Positions 20,567 to 30,015 of a stretch of 64,000 nucleotides of DNA are shown piece by piece (position 1 is the stretch's first letter; each line of letters opens with the position of its first letter). The notes beneath the pieces were generated by a model that had not been told where the DNA came from, searched no databases, and worked only from the letters and a program-made list of their open reading frames with translations. The translations under genes were made by a program, and so were the position numbers. The DNA comes from Gemmatimonadales bacterium (GTDB lineage: Bacteria; Gemmatimonadota; Gemmatimonadetes; Gemmatimonadales; GWC2-71-9). The stretch lies in assembly GCA_037189525.1 (NCBI GenBank), contig JBBCJC010000003.1, forward strand, positions 480,001 through 544,000, written 5' to 3'.

Positions 20567-23083
20567 TCACTCGGCGCGGAGCGCCTCGGTGGGCGGGATG
20601 CGTGCCGCTCGGCGGGCGGGGAGGTAGCCGGCGGCCAGCGTAACACCGGCGATGACTGTCGCGGCGCCCGCAAAGGCAACGAGGTCGAAGGAACTGAGGC
20701 CGAACAGGAGTGATTGCGCCGCCCGGCCAATGACCAGCGCTGCTGCCAGGCCGACGATGCCGCCGATGAGCGTCATGATGCCCACCTGGCGAACGACCAG
20801 CGATTGTACCCGCCCCGCGTCGGCGCCGAGCGCGATCCGGACCCCGATTTCCCGGGTGCGGAGCGTTACGTTGTAGGCCAGCACCCCATACAGGCCCACC
20901 GCGGCTAACAGCGTCGCCAGGAACCCGAAGGCTGTGGATAACATCGTGATCATCCGATCGAGGAACACGTTGTCCTGCGCCTGTTGTTCGAGGGTCCTGA
21001 GTTCGGTCACCGGCAGGTCCGGCGCCAGCTTGGTAACGAGCTGCGGCACCGCGCGTATCACCGGGACCGGCGAGCCTTGGCTTCTGGCATAGAACACCAG
21101 CCGGCCCGCCATCGTATCCTGATACACGGCGCGGAAGATCAGCGGCCGCGGATCGGCCTTGACGGCGTCGTAGGCCGCGTTCTGCACCAGCCCGATGATT
21201 TGATACCAGGTGATCTCCGAGCCGCCCCGACGTGACAGACGGTTGCCGAAGGCAACCCGCCGTCCGATCACATCGTTGCCCAGCTTGAATTTCCGGGCGA
21301 ACTCCTCGTTGACGATCGCGACCCGCGGGGCGCCGGCGTCGTCGGCGGTGGTGAACTCCCGACCCATCAGCACGTTGGTGCCGAGCGTCTTGAAGTAGTC
21401 GGGCCCGACCCAGTTGGTGCGGGTGTTGACGTCCGTGTCCGGCGTGACCTCGAAGCCTTCCACGTCGACATCGTTGCCGTTGCTCCACCCGACCAGGATC
21501 GGTACCTGGGCAGAGGTGACGCCCGAGACGCCCGGCACGGCAGCGAGGGCTGTCTCCACCTGTCGAAAGAGATTACGCCGCTCCACCGGCGTGTAACCCA
21601 TCTGCATCGGCGAGAGAGCAAAGGACACCAGGTTCTCGGTCCGGACGCCGAGTTCGACTCGATTGACGTTGACCAGACTGCGGAGGAAGAGACCGGCGGC
21701 ACAGAGCAGCGCCATCGACAGGCCGATCTGCGCGGTGACGAGCCCGCCGCGAAAGCGGGTGGCCCGCCGGGTGCCGGCATTCCGCCCCGCGTTGGCTTTG
21801 ATCACACTCAACAGATCGGCACGGGTGGCCTGGAGTGCGGGGAGCAGGCCGAAGATGAAGGTCGTTCCCAGCGACAGTGCCACCGCAAAGAGCAGCACGG
21901 ATCCGTCCATCCCGAAGTCGATGCTGCGGGTCACCTCGGCCGGCAGGAAGGACACGATCAGACCGAGCGTTACCTTGGCCACGATCAGACTGGTCACTCC
22001 CGCGACGACCGCGAGGATGGCCGATTCCGTCAGCAGCTGCCCGATCAGTTGGCCCCGTTGCGCACCAATCGATGATCGGATGGCCATCTCGGCCGATCGG
22101 TTTGCCGCCCGGGCCAGCAGCAGATTGGCCACGTTGGTGCAGGCGACCAGCAGGACGATACCGGTGACGACGAGGAGCAGGAAAAGCGGGGTGCTGGTCT
22201 GACTGTGCATCGTGCTTTGTCCCTGCGGACCCGGTTCGACCTGCACGACCTTGGCTTTGAACCGATTCATTACGTCGTCGGAGGCGCCGACCAGCTGGGG
22301 CGCTTCGATTTCCCGGACGATGGGCTGATAGATGCTGTTCAGATGGCGGGCCGCTGCTTCGGGTGTGCCGCCGGGCGCGAGCCGGCCGAAGACATAGAGC
22401 CAGTACGTGCTCCGTTGTTCGTAGTCACCGAGCCACCCCGTCAACGTCCGCGACATGGTGATCGGCGCAAAGATCCTCGGCCGGGCTCCCAGTGTGGTGC
22501 CTTCGAACCCCTCGGGCGCAACGCCGACGATCGTCATGGTTTCGCCGTTGACCAGGATGGACTGGTCGAGCACCGTACGATCCGAGCCCAGTTCGTTGGC
22601 CCAATAGCGGTGGCTGAGCACGACCACCGGATGCCCGCCGATGGTGCGATCGTCATCGGGGCCGAGCAGGCGACCCAGGGTGGGGCGGAGGCCGAGCACC
22701 GGGAAGTACGACCCGGAGACGAGCATACCCTCGCCGCTCAGGGTTTTGTTTCGGAACGAGAGATCGGCGCCGATGGCGCGATGCGCCGCCATCCCCGCCA
22801 GCACGGTCTGGCTCTTCTCCAGATCCCGATACATCGGATAGCTGAAGATGATCGCGCAGCTGCCGGCCTGGCTGCAGCTTTGTGAGCCGGGGTTCGGCCC
22901 CTGCGCATGGATGTTGACGAGCTGTGATGGCTGATCGACGGGGAGCGAACGCAGCAGCATCCGCTGAATCAGGGAGAAGATGGCCGTATTGGCGCCGATC
23001 CCGAGGGCCAGCGAGGCAATAGCGACGCCGGTGACGAACGGCGTGCGGACCAGGGTACGGACGGCAAGCTTCAGGTCGGGCAT
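20567..23083 (-). CDS. ABC transporter permease, duplicated MacB/FtsX type (ADOP-like orphan permease)
   Basis: LALGIGANTAIFS, LLVACTNVANLLLARA, LLAAVGLYGVLAYNV..RTREIGVRIALGA and YLPARRAA; no ATPase gene adjacent. Confidence 0.92.
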   Translation of the reverse strand: MPDLKLAVRTLVRTPFVTGVAIASLALGIGANTAIFSLIQRMLLRSLPVDQPSQLVNIHAQGPNPGSQSCSQAGSCAIIFSYPMYRDLEKSQTVLAGMAAHRAIGADLSFRNKTLSGEGMLVSGSYFPVLGLRPTLGRLLGPDDDRTIGGHPVVVLSHRYWANELGSDRTVLDQSILVNGETMTIVGVAPEGFEGTTLGARPRIFAPITMSRTLTGWLGDYEQRSTYWLYVFGRLAPGGTPEAAARHLNSIYQPIVREIEAPQLVGASDDVMNRFKAKVVQVEPGPQGQSTMHSQTSTPLFLLLVVTGIVLLVACTNVANLLLARAANRSAEMAIRSSIGAQRGQLIGQLLTESAILAVVAGVTSLIVAKVTLGLIVSFLPAEVTRSIDFGMDGSVLLFAVALSLGTTFIFGLLPALQATRADLLSVIKANAGRNAGTRRATRFRGGLVTAQIGLSMALLCAAGLFLRSLVNVNRVELGVRTENLVSFALSPMQMGYTPVERRNLFRQVETALAAVPGVSGVTSAQVPILVGWSNGNDVDVEGFEVTPDTDVNTRTNWVGPDYFKTLGTNVLMGREFTTADDAGAPRVAIVNEEFARKFKLGNDVIGRRVAFGNRLSRRGGSEITWYQIIGLVQNAAYDAVKADPRPLIFRAVYQDTMAGRLVFYARSQGSPVPVIRAVPQLVTKLAPDLPVTELRTLEQQAQDNVFLDRMITMLSTAFGFLATLLAAVGLYGVLAYNVTLRTREIGVRIALGADAGRVQSLVVRQVGIMTLIGGIVGLAAALVIGRAAQSLLFGLSSFDLVAFAGAATVIAGVTLAAGYLPARRAARIPPTEALRAE

Positions 23084-23164
23084 GGGCTACCTGGCAGCGG
23101 AGTGGGTAAGTCTGACTCCGCTTTTAGACTCCATGCCCGTCGAAAACGTTGCTTGCGGCTGACC

Positions 23165-23668
23165 TCAGCTTGGTGGCTTGACCGTCACCACCGAAATGCG
23201 GGTGATTTGGCGGACCCAGCGGGCGCCCCGCTTCTCTTCGGCAACCACCAGGCGCCACGGTCCGGTGGCGGGGCCTAGCGGTTTCCCGTTCATTCGGTCG
23301 ACCAGGAGGACCTGCTTCTCACGAAACGCCGAGTCGAGTTCGGCCAGGGCAAAGACCGCCTGGTAGCCGTCCCGGGCCTCGACCATAACGACCTGCGCCA
23401 GACGCGGACCCCGAATCGTGTGACCCATGAGGACCCCGGCGAGTTTGAGGACCTCCGTCAGGTCGACTCCCTCGTACAGGGCGCCGGGCCCGCCGCCGCT
23501 CGCGGTGACTTCGTGCCGGGGGAGCGCCGCCAGATCCTTGGCGGTCACGGTGATCGGGTTCGGCACCTCTCCCCCGATCGTGATACTGGCCTCCTGGGCT
23601 CGGACCGGCATGGCCGTCAGCCAGAGGGTGGCGGCGGTAGCGATCGACCGGACGATGGCACGTTGCAT
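23165..23668 (-). CDS. Small secreted molybdopterin-oxidoreductase-fold protein
   Basis: Signal peptide, YEGVDL, ARDGYQAVFALAELD and GPWRLVV..EKRGARWVRQ; start ATG 23668. Confidence 0.75.
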   Translation of the reverse strand: MQRAIVRSIATAATLWLTAMPVRAQEASITIGGEVPNPITVTAKDLAALPRHEVTASGGGPGALYEGVDLTEVLKLAGVLMGHTIRGPRLAQVVMVEARDGYQAVFALAELDSAFREKQVLLVDRMNGKPLGPATGPWRLVVAEEKRGARWVRQITRISVVTVKPPS

Positions 23669-23818
23669 CGGTGTATTCCCAGGCAAATTGGAGGAGATCG
23701 GGACGACAAGGAGAGAGTAACCCTCGGCCTCGCTTGACCGCAATGCGCGGTACCGGCATACTCCGCCCGCCTGCGGGACCAATCCCGTTCGGGCATGCCA
23801 TTTCGAGGTGTTGACGCC

Positions 23819-25069
23819 GTGATTCTAGAACCCGCTGATATTCTGGCCGCTCGCGATCGCCTTCGCGATGCGGTACTCCGTACCCCTTGTGTTGCTTCCC
23901 CGGCGCTGAGCGCGCTGACGGGGGCCCAAGTCCATCTCAAACTCGAGTACCTCCAGCGCACTGGCAGTTTCAAAGAGCGGGGCGCCTGCAACGCGCTGCT
24001 CCTGCTCGATGAGGCGACCCGACGCCGCGGGGTGATTGCCGCATCGGCCGGGAACCACGCGCTGGCCCTGGCCTATCATGGAAAGCGACTGGGTATTCCG
24101 GTCACGGTGGTCATGCCGGTGCATGCACCGCTGATCAAGCAGGCTCGTTGTCGCGCGATGGGGGCGGAGGTCATCCTGATGGGTGATACCATCGCCGACG
24201 CCAAGGTCGAGGCCGAGCGGATCCTGTCGACGCGAGGCCTGACGTATATCCACGGCTTCGATGGCCTCGAGGTGATTGCCGGGCAGGGGACCGTCGGACT
24301 CGAGATTGCCGAGCAGGTGCCCGATGCCGATGCCATCGTCTGTCCGATCGGCGGCGGAGGACTGATTGCCGGGATTGCGCTCGGTCTGGATGCGGTTGGT
24401 CTGCAACCGGAACTGATCGGGGTCGAGCCGGCGCGAGCCGCCAGCTACGAAGCGGCCCTGGCCGCGGGCGCGCCCGTCCGGATTGCCGTCAGCCCGACGC
24501 TGGCCGATGGTCTGGCCGTGCCAGAGGTGGGGCACAACGCTTTTGCGATCGCCAAGGATCGGGTGCGGCGGGTGGTCACCGTCGAGGAACGGAGTCTGGC
24601 CTTGGCCGTGCTCCGTCTGGCCGAACTCGAAAAGGGCGTGGTCGAAGGGGCTGGAGCATCACCGCTTGCTGCGCTGATCGAGGGCCGCCTGCCGGATCTG
24701 GTCGGGAAGCGGGTGGTGCTGGTTCTCTGCGGCGGGAATATCGACCCCGCGGTGCTCTGCCGGGTCATCGAGTTCGGCCTGGTGGCCGACAGCCGATTGG
24801 TGCAGTTCGTAGCGGTGATCTCGGATCGTCCGGGCGGGATGGCGGAGTTTGCCACCGTGGTGGCGTCAGTCGGCGCCAGCATCAAGCAGGTCGAGCACGA
24901 CCGCGCCTTCGGGAGTGCCGACGTGTCGCGGGTGCGGGTGCTGTCGACGATCGAGATCCGCGATGCAGAGCACCGGGATCGTCTGTTCGACGCGCTGCGC
25001 AAGAAGGGAATCGATGTCGAGCCGACCGCCTTTCAGGCTGGCGAGGTTGCCGCCGTGGGCCGCGACTAG
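23819..25069 (+). CDS. ilvA: Threonine ammonia-lyase with C-terminal ACT domain
   Basis: QRTGSFKERGA (PLP lysine), ASAGNHA, GGGGLIAG, TLADGLAV, CGGNID and ACT-like DRPGG. Start is GTG 23819 or ATG 23795. Confidence 0.9.
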   Translation: MILEPADILAARDRLRDAVLRTPCVASPALSALTGAQVHLKLEYLQRTGSFKERGACNALLLLDEATRRRGVIAASAGNHALALAYHGKRLGIPVTVVMPVHAPLIKQARCRAMGAEVILMGDTIADAKVEAERILSTRGLTYIHGFDGLEVIAGQGTVGLEIAEQVPDADAIVCPIGGGGLIAGIALGLDAVGLQPELIGVEPARAASYEAALAAGAPVRIAVSPTLADGLAVPEVGHNAFAIAKDRVRRVVTVEERSLALAVLRLAELEKGVVEGAGASPLAALIEGRLPDLVGKRVVLVLCGGNIDPAVLCRVIEFGLVADSRLVQFVAVISDRPGGMAEFATVVASVGASIKQVEHDRAFGSADVSRVRVLSTIEIRDAEHRDRLFDALRKKGIDVEPTAFQAGEVAAVGRD

Positions 25070-25256
25070 GGCCACATTCTTGATGAGGATCGACTTTGGT
25101 CGGGTCGCTGGTCGGGCATTGAGCCAAGCCCAAGCATCGTTAAGCCCGCAGGCGAGTAGGCACAGAGCTAGTATGCTGACCTCTCCTACGGGCACTCTCG
25201 AGATTGGCTCGTCTTCAAGCTGATTGACCGGTCTTTCGCGAAGTCAGCATCGGTCG

Positions 25257-26495
25257 TCAGATGCCAATCAGGCCGTGAGAGCGAAGACGAGCGAGGAGCG
25301 TGTTTAGGGTTGCTCGTGCTTCGACGTCGACCGTTGTGCCGCCGCTGACATTTGGAACCGGCGCGCCTTGTGGTCCGACAACTTGGGTCCCTGCTACTCG
25401 AAATGCGGAACCCTGAACAGTGCCGACGACCTCAAATCGATCGTTGTAGGTGTCGATGCGGACATCTGTGTAAGTAACGTCGTCGCCATACCGAACGAAT
25501 GAGACGGTGCCGTCACGGAAGAAGCGTGCAATATGGTTGCCTACGTTGCCGCTATTGGTCACAGTAGATCCGTTACCCCATACGTTCGTGAGACCAAGAC
25601 TACAGGCAGTTGTGCCTGACAGGAACTCGAAATCGACGGCGCCACCAAAGAGGTTCCCTACAAATGTCGCGTTGGCCCACCCAACGATGACGTCATTCAG
25701 AATCCGGCAACTCGTCGTAGAGCCACCGTTGCCGCCTGGGGGAGTCGCACCGCTATCTAGAATACTCAGCTTCCCAAAAACCGAGTCAGCGACGACTTGG
25801 CTGCCGCAGTCGACAAATTTGACTCCACCCGTCGACTGGCCAGTCCGAATTCCGACGATTCGATGTTCGAGTGTCATCGTTCCAGGGTTGCCGATGTAGA
25901 TGTCCCATCCTGTCGCAGTTGGGTCTGCGGTTTGATAGATGTTGGATTGGCCCTCGATGATCACGCGTGCACCTGTTGCTCGTACTGCGTGGCCGAACGC
26001 CCATACGGAGCCGCAATGGAGGAGTTGCGGTCGCTGGCCGTTGAGCACAATGTTATCACCAGTGAATACTGGTGTCGCAGCCTCTCCTCGGAATTCGAGG
26101 CCGAAGACCTGTACGTCGTCACCAGAGGATGTCAGTATTGCTCCGTTACCGTTTTTGATCAAACTCGCTCGGCCAATTCCATATAATTTTTGACTATTCG
26201 TGGTCTGTGTCAGTCCAACGCAACAGTATGTCCCTGCAGGGAAAAACACGGGTCTGCCTGTGTTGATCGCAGTTTGAATAGCTAAGGTATCGTCTGCAAT
26301 TCCGTTCCCAACCGCCCCATAGTCCTGCGGTCGTACCCAGTCGAACGAATGTAGGAACCCGGGAAAGTCACCGTCAGGGTCCAGGCCTGAAAGAGTTAGT
26401 AGTGTTTTCAGGGCTCGGTTGAGAGTGTCAGGGAGGGTGGCATGGCCTTCGCCTACCATTGGCTCGGTGCTATGGATGTAGTCTAGGGTTGTCAT
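25257..26495 (-). CDS. Pectate-lyase-3 / tailspike-like right-handed beta-helix protein
   Basis: DYGAVGNGIADDTLAIQTAINTGRPVFFPAGTY motif and Gly/Asn/Thr-rich body; C-terminal VVGPQGAPV..GGTTVDVEARATLNTLLARLRSHGLI; AGGGAG RBS before ATG 26495; no signal peptide. Confidence 0.75.
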   Translation of the reverse strand: MTTLDYIHSTEPMVGEGHATLPDTLNRALKTLLTLSGLDPDGDFPGFLHSFDWVRPQDYGAVGNGIADDTLAIQTAINTGRPVFFPAGTYCCVGLTQTTNSQKLYGIGRASLIKNGNGAILTSSGDDVQVFGLEFRGEAATPVFTGDNIVLNGQRPQLLHCGSVWAFGHAVRATGARVIIEGQSNIYQTADPTATGWDIYIGNPGTMTLEHRIVGIRTGQSTGGVKFVDCGSQVVADSVFGKLSILDSGATPPGGNGGSTTSCRILNDVIVGWANATFVGNLFGGAVDFEFLSGTTACSLGLTNVWGNGSTVTNSGNVGNHIARFFRDGTVSFVRYGDDVTYTDVRIDTYNDRFEVVGTVQGSAFRVAGTQVVGPQGAPVPNVSGGTTVDVEARATLNTLLARLRSHGLIGI

Positions 26496-27208
26496 GGGCT
26501 TCTCCCTGTTGTTGGTCGAGATCCGACGGCGGCAGTATTCCGTAAGCTTAGCAAGGTCCGTTCTGAATCTATCCCAATCAGACAATGACGTATTTGGCGC
26601 TCACTCGTAGTCAATGTCCTTCACAAAAACGGACTATTCGGGACTGGGGGCTTTGTCAGTAGCATCGTAGGATATGCTTCTCCACGTTCCCCGGATCGTT
26701 AAGGCCACCGAGGCAGAGGATTGCCTACATGTTGAGCGACATAGGCGGTCTCAGTTGGTGGGAACTGACGATGGCGTAGCGTGGGACACGGTGGGAGACG
26801 ATTGACAATCGGACCTGGACACAGGTGTCGGCCGCAAATGGGCTCATGTTCATGGACCCGCTGGTCTGAGTCGAGGGGCTCGCATATCGAAGCTTTGTCT
26901 CCTGCCCGGTGGCTGGTATAGACGGCGTCGGGTAGGGGGCCATCCAGCGACGGCCAGGTATCATGAGTTGCCGGGAACAATGAGGGATCGGTGCTCTCGA
27001 ATTCCTCCCGCCGATCTCACAAGGTTCCGGGACTGGCGGGGACAGTGGATGGAGTGGTTGCCAAGCTCCGATCACTCGTCCGTCGATGCCAGCGCCGTTC
27101 ACTGTGGTCTAGACTTGCCTGGAGCTTCTGGATCGACTCACACGGCTTCAGTCGGGGGGCGGAGCATCTGAATGACTTGTCATCATTCCAGCACTACCAT
27201 GGAAAGAC

Positions 27209-27237
27209 GCCCCTCGCATCGTCTCGAGGCGAGGGGC
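27209..27237 (-). terminator. Hairpin downstream of tRNA-Val, probable terminator
   Basis: GCCCCTCGC / GCGAGGGGC 9-bp inverted repeat followed by GTCTTT on the minus strand. Confidence 0.6.
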
Positions 27238-27270
27238 AATAACTGCTATCGTTGCTTGTAGTTGGAAGAG

Positions 27271-27344
27271 TGGGCGGTGAGGGGATCGAACCCCCGACCT
27301 CTGGTATGTGAGACCAGCGCTCTAACCGGCTGAGCTAACCGCCC
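27271..27344 (-). tRNA. tRNA-Val(CAC)
   Basis: Reverse complement is GGGCGGTTAGCTCAGCCGGTTAGAGCGCTGGTCTCACATACCAGAGGTCGGGGGTTCGATCCCCTCACCGCCCA; anticodon CAC; no encoded CCA. Confidence 0.95.
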
Positions 27345-27356
27345 GTGCGGGGGCAT

Positions 27357-27386
27357 AGTCTAATCGTAACGAGCCCGGTCGGGCAA
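27357..27386 (-). promoter_or_regulatory. Sigma70-type promoter for tRNA-Val
   Basis: TTGCCC-N18-TAGACT on the minus strand, 12 nt upstream of the mature tRNA 5' end. Confidence 0.6.
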
Positions 27387-27412
27387 GCAGTATTCCCCGA
27401 ATCACGACCAAG

Positions 27413-28450
27413 TCAGATCAGCCCCCCGCGGCGGAGATGGCCAATGGCATCGTGCTCGCTATCGTAGGCCCGGAGGACCTCGGCCGGCGCCACCGTCGCC
27501 ACCCCCGCCTTGGCGACCTCGAGCCCCGCCGCATAGTTGGCCAGGTACGCGGCTTCTTCCACAGTGGCCCCAGCCGCGAGCGCTACAGCTACCCAGGCCG
27601 TGACCGTGTCGCCGGCGCCGGAGACGTCGAACACCTCGCGGGCCCGGCTCGGGATCTTGCGCGGCGGGCCGGCGGGCGTGCTGAGGATCATGCCTTCCGC
27701 GCCGAGCGTTACCAGTAGATGCTCGACGGCAAGGCGATCCCTGGCGGCGGCGAGGGCGCCGGGCTCCACCGCGACATTCACCTCCGCGCCAAGCGCCGCC
27801 TCCAACTCGCGGCGGTTGGGCTTGAACACCGTCGCCCCGCGGTACTCGAAGAAGTGATGGTATTTGGGGTCGACCACGATCGGAATGGACCGGCGCCGCG
27901 CCGCCTCGATGGCCCGACGAATCAGGCTCGGCGTCAGCGTCCCCTTGTTGTAGTCCTCGAGCACCAGCGCATCGGCCGAGGCGAGCAGTGCCTCCACCGC
28001 GGTCCACAACTTCTCGGTGTCCGAGTCGTCGAGCGGACGATCCGACTCCTCATCGATGCGGACCACCTGCTGTCCGCGAGCCACGACCCGCGTCTTGGTG
28101 GTGGTAGGCCGATCCGTCACTTCGACGAGATAGTCGTCGGCAAGGTTCGACGTGGCCAGTTCGGCTCGGATCTGATTGGCATGCGCGTCGGCGCCCACCG
28201 CTCCCGTCAGCAATGCCTGGCTGCCGAGGGCGACGATGTTGGCCGCCACGTTGGCCGCGCCGCCCAACGCCGACCGGCTGCTGCGCACCGTGACCACCGG
28301 TACCGGCGCCTCGGGCGAGAGACGATCCGTATCGCCGATCAGGTACCGGTCCAGCATCACGTCGCCGATGACGACCACTTGGCGGCCGGCCATGGCGTCG
28401 AGGAGCGAGGTGACACGGTCGCGGGGCAGGACGGGCAGGGTGGCGGTCAT
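27413..28450 (-). CDS. rfaE1: D-glycero-beta-D-manno-heptose-7-phosphate kinase (RfaE domain I only)
   Basis: GDVMLDRY, RLSPEAPVPVV, GGAANVA, DYNKG, VDPK and VFDVSGAGDTV; no adenylyltransferase domain. Confidence 0.9.
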   Translation of the reverse strand: MTATLPVLPRDRVTSLLDAMAGRQVVVIGDVMLDRYLIGDTDRLSPEAPVPVVTVRSSRSALGGAANVAANIVALGSQALLTGAVGADAHANQIRAELATSNLADDYLVEVTDRPTTTKTRVVARGQQVVRIDEESDRPLDDSDTEKLWTAVEALLASADALVLEDYNKGTLTPSLIRRAIEAARRRSIPIVVDPKYHHFFEYRGATVFKPNRRELEAALGAEVNVAVEPGALAAARDRLAVEHLLVTLGAEGMILSTPAGPPRKIPSRAREVFDVSGAGDTVTAWVAVALAAGATVEEAAYLANYAAGLEVAKAGVATVAPAEVLRAYDSEHDAIGHLRRGGLI

Positions 28451-29973
28451 CGAACGGGTCCTTGGTGCGAGATACCGATCGTGGCTCTGATCCGGGCTTC
28501 GAAGCGATTGCGATCGAGCCCGCGGATGTGATCGGCGTTTTTGGTCATGAAGTATCCGCCGGTGCCGCTCAGCTGCAGGATCCCGACGCCGCCGGACACG
28601 GTGGCGCCCAGCCGCACGGTGGTGGCAGGCTGGCCGAGGAAGAGCTCCGGCGTGTTCGGCAGCTCCGCATTGGTCGGGAAGGGCGTCGTGATCCTGCCCT
28701 CGCCCTGCTTGAGGATGGTGACATCCGGCCGAACCAGCCACTGCTCCATCACCGGAAATGCCAGGCTGGCGCCGACGGTCAATTGATCCGGAAAGTTGGG
28801 GCCGATCCCCAAGCCCCGGTCGAGAAAGCTCTGGGTCGAGTCGATCGTCCGGTAGGCCAGACTGTTGATCACGCTGAAGTGGGTCCGGAGCGATGCGGAG
28901 CTGCCGATGGCCAGGGTGGCTGCCCCGGTCATGGCCCAGCGTCCCGGATGCTTCGGTTCGCCGGTTCCGTCGGGGTCATCGCGCAGCCGCCAGCGATCGT
29001 CGATCATGACCTGGCCTTCGAGCAGGAGACCATCGACCGGGCGCCAGGCCATGTCGCCGCCGATGATCGTGTTCCGCGTATCGGGCAGACCTTGCTGAAT
29101 CGGAAAGGACAGCATCACGAACGGATTCCGGAAGGTCGGGTCGAACGACTGATCTTCGCTGGCCAGGATCCCGGTTTCCCAAAGGGCCAGATTGAGTCGC
29201 TTGGTGAGCCGGACGTTGAGCCGATGGGCCAGGAAGTACCGCTTATGCTGCGCCCCGGAAATCGACTCCATTCCGTTGAGTTGGGTGGCCACCACGTTGA
29301 ACTGGAAGTCGCGGAACATCAGGTCGAAGCCCAGTTCGGTGCGCGGATAGGCATAGTCGGCAATCGACAGGCCCAGCGAACCAACCGGTCCCCAATTGCG
29401 ACTCATCTGCCCGAAGTGGAGCCGGGCGCGTTCGAACTGGGCGGATAGATAGCCTTCGACGAACCGATAGGCCTGGTTCTTCCGGTTTTGGAGGGCGCCC
29501 CCGGTCCAGTCGGGGTCGACCTTGAGCCGGTTTTCGGCCGCCGGGCGGCTCGCAATCACCACCGGCCCGAACCGGCCCTGGATGGGCGCCTCGGCGTAGA
29601 ATCGCGCCCCGCCGTCACCGGCGGGATGCAGCAGGTCGCGTCGGCCCTGGCTGAAGGCGTCGATACCCCCGCGGATTTCGCCGCGGACCCAGTTGGTCTC
29701 CTCCGGGTCCGCAAATGCCCGGGTCAGCCGCTCGGCGACTCGGCCGGAAGGCGAAGCGGGGTCGAGGGCGGCCTGTTCGATGGCGTGGAGCAAGTCCGAA
29801 CGCCGGAAGGGGCGGTACATCGGGCTCGGGTCCACAATATCGCCTCTGGCAATCAGATACTCGGCCAGGGGGAGGAGCGGATGATCGAGCGGGATATATG
29901 GCGATGGCCGAGCTTGCGCCATCAGGGCAGGCGTGGCCGTGAGGGCCAGCAGAAAGATCAGGAGTGTGCGCAC
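28447..29973 (-). CDS. Capsule assembly Wzi-like outer-membrane protein
   Basis: Signal peptide; GQMSRNWGPVGSLGLSIADYAYP and YFLAHRL motifs resemble Wzi; alternating beta-strand pattern. Confidence 0.55.
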   Translation of the reverse strand: MRTLLIFLLALTATPALMAQARPSPYIPLDHPLLPLAEYLIARGDIVDPSPMYRPFRRSDLLHAIEQAALDPASPSGRVAERLTRAFADPEETNWVRGEIRGGIDAFSQGRRDLLHPAGDGGARFYAEAPIQGRFGPVVIASRPAAENRLKVDPDWTGGALQNRKNQAYRFVEGYLSAQFERARLHFGQMSRNWGPVGSLGLSIADYAYPRTELGFDLMFRDFQFNVVATQLNGMESISGAQHKRYFLAHRLNVRLTKRLNLALWETGILASEDQSFDPTFRNPFVMLSFPIQQGLPDTRNTIIGGDMAWRPVDGLLLEGQVMIDDRWRLRDDPDGTGEPKHPGRWAMTGAATLAIGSSASLRTHFSVINSLAYRTIDSTQSFLDRGLGIGPNFPDQLTVGASLAFPVMEQWLVRPDVTILKQGEGRITTPFPTNAELPNTPELFLGQPATTVRLGATVSGGVGILQLSGTGGYFMTKNADHIRGLDRNRFEARIRATIGISHQGPVR

Positions 29974-30015
29974 CTCGGGAATCTACACCGGCGACCCGCT
30001 ATGTTTCCCGCGCCT

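Larger units (their letters stand above)
25070..27270. mobile_element. Small lower-GC islet at the 3' side of tRNA-Val, probably a prophage or island remnant
   Basis: Visibly more AT-rich than the flanks, with atypical codon usage; contains a tailspike-like gene and short non-recognisable ORFs; abuts the tRNA 3' end. No integrase or att repeat found. Confidence 0.5.

Noticed and set aside
25040..25260. Possible att direct repeat of the tRNA-Val 3' end at the far edge of the islet
   Set aside because: Only a short GTGGGC match, which is not significant; no integrase seen.
26609..26626. Rex-like site upstream of the tailspike-like gene
   Set aside because: Only one TTGTGAA half-site; the other half does not match.
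26699..27242. Short ORFs of 67-125 aa on both strands
   Set aside because: No recognisable motifs, RBS or coding bias, so not called as CDS.
27413..28741. Long N-terminal extensions in the ORF track (also 29488, 30866, 39011, 44055, 47542, 48283, 54303 and 61004)
   Set aside because: They overlap neighbouring genes; downstream starts fit the family N-termini and the RBS or stop-start overlaps.
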